DNA from: Candidatus Dormiibacterota bacterium
GTDB lineage: Bacteria; Chloroflexota; Dormibacteria; Aeolococcales; Aeolococcaceae
NCBI GenBank assembly: GCA_963709585.1
Contig: CAVPXI010000007.1
Span: 78,934 to 142,933 of the forward strand
DNA: 64,000 bases
Direction of reading: 5' to 3'
Shown here: one piece after another, positions 47,595-55,904 of the stretch
How the letters are laid out: each line of letters starts with the position of its first letter
How positions within the stretch are numbered: the stretch's first letter is position 1
Notes under the pieces: generated by a model
What the model saw: the letters and a program-made list of their open reading frames with translations, nothing else
Database searches by the model: none
What the model was told of the DNA's origin: nothing
Position numbers and translations under genes: made by a program

Positions 47595-48156
47595 GTGGCA
47601 ACCGGCGGCGAGACACCGGCGACACGCCCGCTCGAGGGCGAGGACATCCAGACGGAGCACTGGGAAGACGCTCGCCACTGGATGAGCATCTACGATGACC
47701 TGATCCGTTTCAAGCTGGGCCTGCTCGAGCGCGTGAAACGCGAACTGCCCAAGCTGCATCCGGTGGCGCAGACCGCCGCCGACGAGGACATCGGCTTCAT
47801 CGAAGCGCAGATGGCGGGGTACTACGCCCGCCTTGACCTCTGGTATCAACGAGTTCTGGCAACTCCAGGGCCTCTGGCTCGACCCGAACGGACGCGTCGT
47901 GCGCCACAAGGGGCAGGAGGCCGTTCTGACCCATCGGGAGTTCGAGCTCCTGCAGTTCCTCCTGGATCATCCCCATCGCTTTTACACGGCGGCGCAGATC
48001 ACCGGGCTGGCGTGGTCGGATGCCGCGCTCTTCCCCGAGGAGGTCCGAAACTATGTTCTGCGCATCAGGAAGATCCTCGCGCGTCTCGCGATCCCCTGCG
48101 ACCTGGTGAACAAGCCCGGTAAGGGCTACTCGCTGACCTTCCGGAATACCGAGTAG
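47595..48156 (+). pseudogene. One-component regulator: unassigned N-terminal helical domain + OmpR/PhoB-type winged-helix DNA-binding domain, with an apparent 1-nt insertion near 47850-47856
   Basis: ORF 47532..48122 reads ...EHWEDARHWMSIYDDLIRFKLGLLERVKRELPKLHPV...AQMAGYYARLDLWYQR, then junk. ORF 47833..48156 (next frame) continues FWQLQGLWLDPNGRVVRHKGQEAVLTHREFELLQFLLDHPHRFYTAAQI...VRNYVLRIRKIL...GKGYSLTF, a Trans_reg_C pattern. The GTG at 47595 is tentative. Confidence 0.65.
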
Positions 48157-48189
48157 CCGACCTCAGGCGAAGCGTCCATCGCCGCTACG

Positions 48190-50559
48190 ATGGCCGTGGT
48201 GAGCACCCTGACCCCTTCCACCGGCAGCGTCGACCTCGACGCGCTCGTCACCTCGTGGAGTGCAGCCAACTACCTGACCGTCGCCCAGATCTACCTCCAG
48301 GCGAACCCGCTCCTCCGGGAGCCGCTCACCGCCGAGCACATCAAGCCGCGGCTGCTCGGGCACTGGGGAACATCACCGGCACTGAGCCTGATCTATGTCC
48401 AGCTCAACCGTCTGATCCAGCAGCGCGACTGCGATGTGCTCTACATCGCCGGTCCCGGTCACGGCGGCCCGGCAATCGTCGCCAACGTCTACCTCGAAGG
48501 CACGTACTCGGAGATCTACCCCGCGGTCTCGCTCGATGAGCCCGGGCTGCTCCGGCTCGTCCGTCAGTTCTCGACACCGGGCGGCATCCCCAGCCACGTG
48601 AGTGTCCCGACCCCGGGTTCCATCCACGAGGGCGGTGAGCTGGGCTACGCGCTGGCACATGGGTTCGGGGCAGTTTTCGACAATCCCGACCTGATCGCGG
48701 CGTGTGTCGTCGGCGACGGCGAGGCCGAGACCGGCCCGCTCGAAGGATCGTGGAAGGGGGTGAGCTTCCTCGACCCGCGGCGTGACGGCGCCGTGCTGCC
48801 GATCCTGCAGCTCAACGGGTACAAGATCAGCGGGCCCACGGTTCTCGGGCGCGCTCGCGAGCAGGACGTCAGCGGATTGCTGGGCGCCCATGGATACGAT
48901 GTGCGCATCGTCGCCGGCGACGACCCGCGTGGCGTGCACGAGGAGTTCGCGCAGACTCTCGACGCCTGCTATGAGCGGATTCGCGAGATCCAGTCGGCGG
49001 CGCGCAGCGGCGCACGTGCGGAGCGCGCCGCGTGGCCCGCGATCGTGCTGCGCACTCCCAAAGGCTGGACCGGCCCCAAGTTCGTCGATGGCCTGCCGGT
49101 CGAAGGAACCTTCCGCGCCCATCAGGTCCCGCTCGACAACGTGCGCACCAACCCCGCCCACCTCGCCCAGCTCGAGGAGTGGATGCGCAGCTATCGACCC
49201 GACGAGCTCTTCGACAGTGGGGGCGTACCCGTCGACGCAGTGACCTCACTCCGGCCGCGCGGCGACAAGCGTATGGGCGCATCTGCGTATGCCAATGGCG
49301 GAAGGCTGCTCCGCCCCCTGCAGCTTCCCGCATTCACTGACTACGCGATGCCGGTCGATCCTGGAGTCACCGTCGCGGAGTCGACACGGCGGCTCGGTGA
49401 GTGGATTCGCGACATCTACCGCGACAATCCAGACAACTTTCGCCTCTTCTGCCCGGACGAGACCAACAGCAACCGGCTTGGCGCAGTGTTCGACATCGAG
49501 ACCCGCTGCTTCGAGGAAGCGACCATCCCGATCGACGATCATGTCAGCGCCGGGGGGCGCGTGATGGAGGTGCTGTCGGAGCACCTCTGTGAAGGCTGGC
49601 TCGAGGGATACCTGCTCACCGGCAGGCACGGGTTGTTCGCGACCTACGAGGCATTCGCGATGGTCTCCGCGTCGATGACCGTCCAGCACGCGAAGTGGCT
49701 CGAGGCAGCGCGCGGACTCCACTGGCGTGAACCGGTCGCGGCGCTGAACGTGCTGCTGACGTCTACGTGCTGGCGCAACGACCACAACGGTTTCAGCCAC
49801 CAGGGACCGGGCCTCATCGACACCGTGATGGCCATGAGCGGTGACGTGGTCCGCGTATATCTGCCACCGGACGCGAACTGCCTGCTCTCGGTCGCGGATC
49901 ACTGCCTCACCAGTCGCAACTACGTAAACCTGATCGTCATCGACAAGCAGCCGGAGCTGCAGTACCTGTCGATGGACGAGGCGATCAAGCACTGCGCTCG
50001 TGGCGCGTCGACCTGGGCATGGGCGTCAAACCGCGGTGAGGGCGAGCCCGACGTGGTGCTCGGCTGCGCCGGCGACATCCCGACACTGGAAACGCTCGGC
50101 GCTGCCGCTCTGCTTCGCGAGCACGTGCCCGATCTGCGCTTCCGCGTGGTCAACGTCGTGGACCTGCTGGCGATGAGTTCCGCGCCGTTCCACCCGCACG
50201 CGCTGAGTCCCGAGAGCTTCGCCGAGCTGTTCACCGATGACGTTGACGTGGTGATGGCGTTTCACGGGTATGCGAGAGCCTTCCACCAGGTCGTGCACGG
50301 CCGGCCGAACGCCGCTCGCTTCCATGTGCGTGGGTACAACGAGCACGGCACGACCACCACGCCGTTCGACATGGTCGTGCTCAACGAGATGAGCCGCTAC
50401 CACCTCGCCATGGAGGCGCTGCGCCGCTCAGGGCGCACTCCCGCCGGCGCCGCCGAGCTGAACGAGTACTGCGCCGCTCAGCTGCGGCGGCACCACGCGT
50501 ACGTTCGTGAGCATTTCGAGGACATGCCCGAGATCCGTGAGTGGCGGTGGCCCGGATGA
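48190..50559 (+). CDS. xfp: Xylulose-5-phosphate/fructose-6-phosphate phosphoketolase
   Basis: ORF track, 789 aa. NYLTVAQIYLQANPLL...LLGHWGTSPAL...YIAGPGHGGPA...EGGELGY are phosphoketolase signatures. Confidence 0.95.
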   Translation: MAVVSTLTPSTGSVDLDALVTSWSAANYLTVAQIYLQANPLLREPLTAEHIKPRLLGHWGTSPALSLIYVQLNRLIQQRDCDVLYIAGPGHGGPAIVANVYLEGTYSEIYPAVSLDEPGLLRLVRQFSTPGGIPSHVSVPTPGSIHEGGELGYALAHGFGAVFDNPDLIAACVVGDGEAETGPLEGSWKGVSFLDPRRDGAVLPILQLNGYKISGPTVLGRAREQDVSGLLGAHGYDVRIVAGDDPRGVHEEFAQTLDACYERIREIQSAARSGARAERAAWPAIVLRTPKGWTGPKFVDGLPVEGTFRAHQVPLDNVRTNPAHLAQLEEWMRSYRPDELFDSGGVPVDAVTSLRPRGDKRMGASAYANGGRLLRPLQLPAFTDYAMPVDPGVTVAESTRRLGEWIRDIYRDNPDNFRLFCPDETNSNRLGAVFDIETRCFEEATIPIDDHVSAGGRVMEVLSEHLCEGWLEGYLLTGRHGLFATYEAFAMVSASMTVQHAKWLEAARGLHWREPVAALNVLLTSTCWRNDHNGFSHQGPGLIDTVMAMSGDVVRVYLPPDANCLLSVADHCLTSRNYVNLIVIDKQPELQYLSMDEAIKHCARGASTWAWASNRGEGEPDVVLGCAGDIPTLETLGAAALLREHVPDLRFRVVNVVDLLAMSSAPFHPHALSPESFAELFTDDVDVVMAFHGYARAFHQVVHGRPNAARFHVRGYNEHGTTTTPFDMVVLNEMSRYHLAMEALRRSGRTPAGAAELNEYCAAQLRRHHAYVREHFEDMPEIREWRWPG

Positions 50560-50594
50560 GGGCGGCCAACTCGCGAACCGCCCCGGGCTGAGCG

Positions 50595-51668
50595 ATGCGC
50601 ATCCTCGCCGTCAATGCGGGCTCGAGCAGCCTGAAGCTGAGCGTGGTCGACGGCAATGACCGGATCGAGGACGAGCAGCAGACCGACGGCGATGCCGATC
50701 CCATCGCCGCCCTGCGCGACTTCGCCGCGCGGGTGGGCGATGTCGACGCGGTCGCCCACAGGCTGGTGCATGGCGGGGCGGCTGTCCGGCACGCGACCCT
50801 GGTCGATGATGCGGTGCGTCAGCAGCTCGATGCGGCGATCGAGCTTGCGCCGCTCCATGTGCCACCCGCGCTCGCGCTCCTCGACGCGGCGCGCGCGGCA
50901 ATCGACCGTCCCCAGATCGTCTGCGTCGACACCGCGTTTCACGCGGGTATCCCGGAGTTCGCGACGACGTACGCGGTGCCGGCGCACTGGCGCGCGTGGG
51001 GAGTACGCCGCTACGGTTTCCATGGCCTCTCGTACGCGTGGTCGAGCCGGCGCAGCGCGGAATTGCTGCATCGGCCGGTCGACGGGTTGCATGTCGTGAT
51101 CGCGCACATCGGGTCCGGGGTCTCCGCGTGCGCGGTCCGCGACGGACGTAGTGCGGACACGAGCATGGGGTTCACGCCGCTCGAAGGCGCGGTGATGGCG
51201 TCGCGCAGCGGCACCATTGACCCGGGCGCGCTGCTCTGGCTCCAGGATTACCACGGGGTCACGGTCGGGGCGATGACCAGATCACTCGAGCACGGGAGCG
51301 GGCTCTTCGGCCTCTGCGGCATGTCCGACGTGCGCGATGTCGAGCGTGAGGCCGCACTCGGCAATGCGGCATGCATAGCAGCCCTGGACGTGTACGTCCA
51401 CGTGCTCAGCCGCGTCATCGGCGGTCTCGCCACATCGCTCGACCGCATCGACGCGCTGGTATTCACCGGCGGGGTGGGTGAGCACTCGGCGTTGATCCGC
51501 AACAGGGTGTGCTCCCGACTCAGCCTGCTCGGCCTCCCCGAGGCGCTGAGTCCAGCCGACGGCGACGCCGTCATCGGACCCGCGGGCCGGCGCCCGGCTG
51601 TTGTTGTGGTGACCGCTCGTGAGGATGCGGAGATGGCGCGTGAGGCGCGCCAGGTGCTGGGCGGGTAG
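50595..51668 (+). CDS. ackA: Acetate kinase
   Basis: ORF track. MRILAVNAGSSSLKLSV...HRLVHGG...RRYGFHGLSY...HIGSGVS...TSMGFTPLEG..MASRSG..DPG. Confidence 0.9.
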   Translation: MRILAVNAGSSSLKLSVVDGNDRIEDEQQTDGDADPIAALRDFAARVGDVDAVAHRLVHGGAAVRHATLVDDAVRQQLDAAIELAPLHVPPALALLDAARAAIDRPQIVCVDTAFHAGIPEFATTYAVPAHWRAWGVRRYGFHGLSYAWSSRRSAELLHRPVDGLHVVIAHIGSGVSACAVRDGRSADTSMGFTPLEGAVMASRSGTIDPGALLWLQDYHGVTVGAMTRSLEHGSGLFGLCGMSDVRDVEREAALGNAACIAALDVYVHVLSRVIGGLATSLDRIDALVFTGGVGEHSALIRNRVCSRLSLLGLPEALSPADGDAVIGPAGRRPAVVVVTAREDAEMAREARQVLGG

Positions 51669-51708
51669 TCCGCGACGCGGGGTTGGGCTACCGCTATGCT
51701 CCGCCGTC

Positions 51709-52338
51709 ATGGCCGACTGGGTGACGATCTCCGCGCTCGCGACCGCCGGCGGAACCCTCGTCCTCGCGGTGGCCACGTTCTCATCGGTCCGCTCGGCCAA
51801 CCGCGCCGCGCGCGCGGCGGAGCGGTCGCTGCTCGCCGGGTTGCGTCCCGTGCTCATGGCGTCGCGCCTTCAGGATCCGCCGCAGAAGGTGTCGTTCTTC
51901 GACCAGCACTGGGTGACCATCGAGGGCGGCCACGCGGCGTTCGAGGTCAGTCCGCAGGCGATCTACCTCGTCATCGGCCTTCGCAATGCCGGTTCCGGCA
52001 TCGCCGTGCTCCACGGCTGGTACTTCTACCCCGAGCGCATCGCCGGTGCCGAACCGGCGGACACCAAAGACTTTCGCCGCCTCACCCGTGACATCTACGT
52101 TCCCGCCGGAGACACCGGCTTCTGGCAGGGCGCGTTTCGCGACCCCAACGAGCCGGTGTTCGCGGCGGCCCGGGACGCGGCGACATCAGCCCGACCGGTC
52201 ACGATCGATCTGCTCTACGGAGACCACGAGGGCGGGCAGCGAATGATCAGCCGCTTCGCCCTGTCGTCGACGCCGAGCGGTGCGTGGCTAGCGACCGTTG
52301 GACGGCACTGGAACCTCGACCGGCCCAACCCTCGCTAG
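51709..52338 (+). CDS. Hypothetical protein with an N-terminal TM anchor (209 aa)
   Basis: ATG at 51709 within ORF 51619..52338. MADWVTISALATAGGTLVLAVATFSSV followed by a ~170-aa soluble domain. No family recognised. Confidence 0.5.
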   Translation: MADWVTISALATAGGTLVLAVATFSSVRSANRAARAAERSLLAGLRPVLMASRLQDPPQKVSFFDQHWVTIEGGHAAFEVSPQAIYLVIGLRNAGSGIAVLHGWYFYPERIAGAEPADTKDFRRLTRDIYVPAGDTGFWQGAFRDPNEPVFAAARDAATSARPVTIDLLYGDHEGGQRMISRFALSSTPSGAWLATVGRHWNLDRPNPR

Positions 52339-52421
52339 CGCCGCAGGCATGGCTCGCAGTCGCGCTTTCCTGGTCGACGATGCGACACGCACCTGTCGTC
52401 CACGGCGTCCAGTGTGTGGCT

Positions 52422-52817
52422 ATGACCTACACCGTCGACGACGCCCGCGCCTATATCGCCACGGTGCGCTGGCAGTTCGCTAAAACCATGCCGCAGTGGC
52501 CCCACGAGTACACGGTCCTGCAGTGGCGGCAGGACCTCGAACCCGAGTTCCGGGCGTTCGTCGCGTTGATTCGCACCGAGGGAGCCATCAAGCCGTGGCC
52601 TCGCGACTCCGGAAACCCCCGCTATCACCACACCTATCTGGAATTGGGGGAGTGGGAGTACTGGACGATGGGGGAGCCCGTCGATGAGACCACGCTGATC
52701 AACCGCGCGCTGCTACCGGGAGTCGGTCTCGGCGTCGACGTCCTGCCCACGCGTCAAGAAGAGCGCCACGGCCAGGACGAGAATGACCGCAGCATTGGTT
52801 CCGAGTTCCAGCAATGA
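52422..52817 (+). CDS. Conserved hypothetical protein
   Basis: ATG at 52422 within ORF 52284..52817. MTYTVDDARAYIATVRWQFAKTMPQWPHEYTV...PWPRDSGNPRYHHTYLELGEWEYWTMGEPVDETTLINRA looks like a widespread uncharacterised family (from memory). The 3' end is uncertain because its tail overlaps the convergent gene. Confidence 0.5.
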   Translation: MTYTVDDARAYIATVRWQFAKTMPQWPHEYTVLQWRQDLEPEFRAFVALIRTEGAIKPWPRDSGNPRYHHTYLELGEWEYWTMGEPVDETTLINRALLPGVGLGVDVLPTRQEERHGQDENDRSIGSEFQQ

Positions 52818-53268
52818 CTGCGTAATGGGTGTCGCTCCGGTGGTTGATCCGGAGGACAGGGTGAGCCGAGTTCGAGACCGCCAGAATGTCTCGGACAGCG
52901 GCGATGATCCCGATGACCAGAAAGGGTCGAAACGGAAACCCCCACCCCTCGAGATGGGTGAGAACAGTCCGCATGATGTCGACGAGGATGATGACCACGA
53001 GCACCCCGTCGATAGCGCTGATCAGGGACTGCGTGTAGTTGGGCGCTGCCGCATTGAGCGACGTCACGAAGGTGATGAAACTTCGTACCAGCACCACCGC
53101 CGCGAGCACCAGCAGCACGACGGCGACGCCGTACTGGACGAGGTCGATGAAGATCCGGAGCGGCGTCCCCCGGCGTATTTCCGGCCACGACCAGACGCCA
53201 CCGCCTTCACCCGCTCCTCTCTCAATCAGCGGCGTCTCGGTGGGGCTAGCACCCGGCTCAGTGGCCAT
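52713..53268 (-). pseudogene. PsiE-like (phosphate-starvation-inducible E family) membrane protein, apparent 1-nt insertion near 52864-52870
   Basis: ORF 52699..53268 reads ...AIDGVLVVIILVDIMRTVLTHLEGWGFPFRPFLVIGIIAAVRDILAVS, then junk. The next frame continues LTLSSGSTTGATPITQSLLELGTNAAVILVLAVALFLTRGQDVDAETDSR* (stop at 52713-52715), supplying the expected last TM helix. Confidence 0.6.
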
Positions 53269-53373
53269 ACAGTGCGGATCAGTCTAGGGCGACGAGGAGT
53301 GATTGAGTGCGAATCTTCGAGCCAATCCGTGATCGCCCGTGCGCGAAGCTCATCATGCGGCAAACTGACTGAC

Positions 53374-53769
53374 GTGACCCTGAGCGCGCTCAACCCACCT
53401 GCACTCCCGACCCCGACAGGCTATTCACAGGTCGTCGTCGCCACGGGCTCGCGCATGATCTTCGTTGCAGGACAGGTGTCGCTAGACCGCGAGGGCAACC
53501 TCGTAGCACCCGGCGATGCGGTCGGACAGGCGCGGCAGGCATTCGCGAATTTCAGAACCGCGGTCGAGGCCGCGGGGGCGTCGATCGAAGACGTGACCAA
53601 GATCACCTGGTATGTGGTGGGATATCGCTCGGAGCTGCTTCCCGAGCTCGCGGCCGCCCGCAACGAGGTGTTTGAAGGGCATGCCCCCGCAAGCACGCTC
53701 GTGGGGGTGAGCGTCCTTGCCCAACCTCAGTTTCTGGTAGAAGTCGAAGGCATCGCCGTCGTCGATTAA
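53374..53769 (+). CDS. RidA/YjgF-family reactive intermediate deaminase
   Basis: GTG at 53374 in frame with ORF 52783..53769. GYSQVVVATGSRMIFVAGQVSLD...ASIEDVTKITWYV...PASTLVGVSVLAQPQFLVEVEGIAV. Confidence 0.8.
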   Translation: MTLSALNPPALPTPTGYSQVVVATGSRMIFVAGQVSLDREGNLVAPGDAVGQARQAFANFRTAVEAAGASIEDVTKITWYVVGYRSELLPELAAARNEVFEGHAPASTLVGVSVLAQPQFLVEVEGIAVVD

Positions 53770-53774
53770 ACTAA

Positions 53775-53805
53775 GAGACACGTCCCGACGAGCGGAACGT
53801 GTCTC
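53775..53805. terminator. Perfect 9-bp stem hairpin between convergent genes (candidate bidirectional terminator)
   Basis: GAGACACGT (53775-53783), a 13-nt loop, then ACGTGTCTC (53797-53805). It lies between the RidA stop (53769) and the small-ORF stop (53834). Confidence 0.5.
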
Positions 53806-53833
53806 CTCAAAGAGGTCTGCGGGAACCTATCCC

Positions 53834-53989
53834 TCAGTAGTAATGGCGCCGGCCGCCCACTGCATGCCCAGCCATCCCGAGCAGTTCGAGCACCACTCCG
53901 ATGACGATCAGAATGACACCAATGGTCACCAGGATCGGGATCGCGGCCAGCAGCCCGATGATGAGCAAAACAATGCCAAGAATGATCAT
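53834..53989 (-). CDS. Small hydrophobic membrane protein (51 aa), below the ORF-track length cutoff
   Basis: ATG at 53989 sits 6 nt after AGGAGG. MIILGIVLLIIGLLAAIPILVTIGVILIVIGVVLELLGMAGHAVGGRRHYY*. Resembles small actinobacterial membrane peptides ending GRRxYY (from memory). Confidence 0.6.
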   Translation of the reverse strand: MIILGIVLLIIGLLAAIPILVTIGVILIVIGVVLELLGMAGHAVGGRRHYY

Positions 53990-54041
53990 GCGTCGCCTCC
54001 TGTGATTGCCAAATTCATGCGTTCAGGTCCGGAACCGATGG

Positions 54042-54260
54042 TCAGATCGGACGATCGTCGATGGTCGTCACATCAGTTCTGCGGGAACCGACTCCGCCCC
54101 AGGACGACCAGAACATCAGCGACAGGATGATGCCGAGCGCGCCGACCCCCATCAGGATGTAGCCGATGGTGTGAAGGTCGACGCCGTTGGCGGTCACGTG
54201 GATCGCGAACGCCAGCACGGCTCCAACCGCGATCAGGAAGATGCCCACTCCAAGGCCCAT
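54042..54260 (-). CDS. Small two-TM membrane protein (72 aa; DUF6458-like as I recall)
   Basis: ORF track. AAGGAGG upstream. MGLGVGIFLIAVGAVLAFAIHVTANGVDLHTIGYILMGVGALGIILSLMFW. Confidence 0.7.
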   Translation of the reverse strand: MGLGVGIFLIAVGAVLAFAIHVTANGVDLHTIGYILMGVGALGIILSLMFWSSWGGVGSRRTDVTTIDDRPI

Positions 54261-54280
54261 CGAAAGTACCTCCTTGCTCC

Positions 54281-54345
54281 CTAGCTGGTCTCTCAGCTAG
54301 CTTGTTATCACCGGTGTAGGTGATGTGGATATTGATACTATCACA
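54281..54345. promoter_or_regulatory. AT-rich promoter/operator region with nested palindromes upstream of the 72-aa membrane protein gene
   Basis: CTAGCTG-n6-CAGCTAG (54281-54300); ATCACC-n6-GGTGAT (54307-54324), which contains the perfect palindrome CACCGGTG (54310-54317); then GATATTGATACTATC. This is the most AT-rich patch of the window by eye. Confidence 0.4.
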
Positions 54346-54470
54346 TATGACATCAAATCCACGGTAGGATTGCCCATGGCCGCTGCGAGCGCCAAGGCCC
54401 AGGCACCGCCGGTATGGCATGGTCGCAACCCCACCTCCCGCGGCACCGGGACAGCCGCAAGCCCGACCGG

Positions 54471-55904
54471 CTACGGGAGCCGCACCACCCCGGTGAGATA
54501 CGCGTCGCAGCTGCGAGCCGCGGCGCGACCGTCCGCAATCGCCCAGACGATCAACGAGGCACCGCGGACCGCATCCCCGGCGGCGAACACGCCGGGGGTG
54601 CTGCAGGCAAACGCCTCGTCCACGGCAACGTTGCCGGCACGATCGAACGTCACCGACAGCTCATCGAGCAACGTCGATCGCTTTGGTCCGTCGTAGCCGA
54701 TCGCAACCAGGACGAGGTCGGCGTCGATGTGCACCTCCTCACCGGGCAAGGCAACGAAGGTGCGGTTCCCGTTCTCGCGGCGCGCCTCGACGCGAGTGGC
54801 GTGGACGCCTCGCACCGCGCCATGCTCGCCCTCGAATCCGGTGACCATCAGGCCGAATTCGCGTGAGCCTCCCTCGTCGTGGGCGGGGTAGGTGCGCAGG
54901 ATCAACGGCCACTGTGGCCACGGAGTTTCGTCCGGTCGCGTGTTGGGTGGTTGCGCATAGATGTACAGCTGCTGCACGTCGGTGCACTGCTCGCGGATCA
55001 CATTGCCAAGGCAGTCGGCGCCGGTATCGCCACCGCCGATGATGATCACCTTTCGCCCCTGCGCGGTGATTGCGGGTTGCGCGTCGACGCGCTCGCCGGC
55101 GACCCTCCGGTTCTGCTGCACCAGGTAGTCCATCGCGAAATGAACCCCCTGCAGCTCGCGTCCGGGGACGCCGACATCGCGCGGTCGATCGGCACCGACC
55201 CCGAGCACCACCGCATCGAAACGCTCGCGCAACTTCTCGGCGGTCACGTCGACGCCGATGTCGTATCCGGTCTCGAAGATGATGCCCTCCGCCTCGAGCA
55301 GATCGATGCGCCGGTCGAGGACCCACTTCTCCATCTTGAAGTCGGGGATCCCGTACCGGAGGAGGCCACCGATGCGGTCGGAGCGCTCGAACACGGTCAC
55401 GCGGTGGCCGGCGCGGTTGAGCTGCTGTGCCGCGGCGAGTCCGGCGGGCCCGGATCCGATGACGGCGACGCGCCGCCCGGTGCGGTGCGCGGGCGGCTCG
55501 GCGCGGATCCATCCTTCGTCGAAGGCCCGATCGATGATGGACTGTTCGATCTGCTTGATCGCGACCGGGTCATCGTTGATGGCGAGCACGCATGCCGGTT
55601 CGCATGGCGCGGGGCAGAGACGCCCGGTGAACTCCGGGAAGTTGTTGGTGGCGTGGAGGCGCTCCACCGCACCCTTCCAGTCATCGCGGAAGACGAGGTC
55701 GTTCCATTCGGGGATGAGATTGCCGAGCGGACATCCGTGGTGGCAGAACGCGACCCCGCAGTCCATGCACCGCGACCCCTGGTCGCGCAACACCTGTAGC
55801 GGGAGCGGCAGGTAGACCTCGCGGTAGTCGCCGATGCGTTCGGCAACCGGTCGCTTGTGGGCGGTGTGCCGCGTGTGCTCGAGGAACCCGGTGCGCGCCG
55901 GCAT
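54471..55904 (-). CDS. gltD: Glutamate synthase (NADPH) small subunit
   Basis: ORF track. Fe-S segment CMDCGVAFCHHGCPLGN...CPAPCEPACV plus the GSGPAGLAAA dinucleotide fold. ATG overlaps the gltB stop (ATGA). Confidence 0.95.
   Translation of the reverse strand: MPARTGFLEHTRHTAHKRPVAERIGDYREVYLPLPLQVLRDQGSRCMDCGVAFCHHGCPLGNLIPEWNDLVFRDDWKGAVERLHATNNFPEFTGRLCPAPCEPACVLAINDDPVAIKQIEQSIIDRAFDEGWIRAEPPAHRTGRRVAVIGSGPAGLAAAQQLNRAGHRVTVFERSDRIGGLLRYGIPDFKMEKWVLDRRIDLLEAEGIIFETGYDIGVDVTAEKLRERFDAVVLGVGADRPRDVGVPGRELQGVHFAMDYLVQQNRRVAGERVDAQPAITAQGRKVIIIGGGDTGADCLGNVIREQCTDVQQLYIYAQPPNTRPDETPWPQWPLILRTYPAHDEGGSREFGLMVTGFEGEHGAVRGVHATRVEARRENGNRTFVALPGEEVHIDADLVLVAIGYDGPKRSTLLDELSVTFDRAGNVAVDEAFACSTPGVFAAGDAVRGASLIVWAIADGRAAARSCDAYLTGVVRLP

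Noticed and set aside
47833-48156. ORF 47833..48156 as an independent 107-aa wHTH gene with a TTG start.
   Set aside because: It would begin inside the preceding ORF with no SD. A bare OmpR-type wHTH of this size lacks any sensor or dimerisation module. Its upstream sequence joins smoothly to ...ARLDLWYQR of the preceding frame, so a single frame-broken gene is more likely. Separate genes are not fully excluded.
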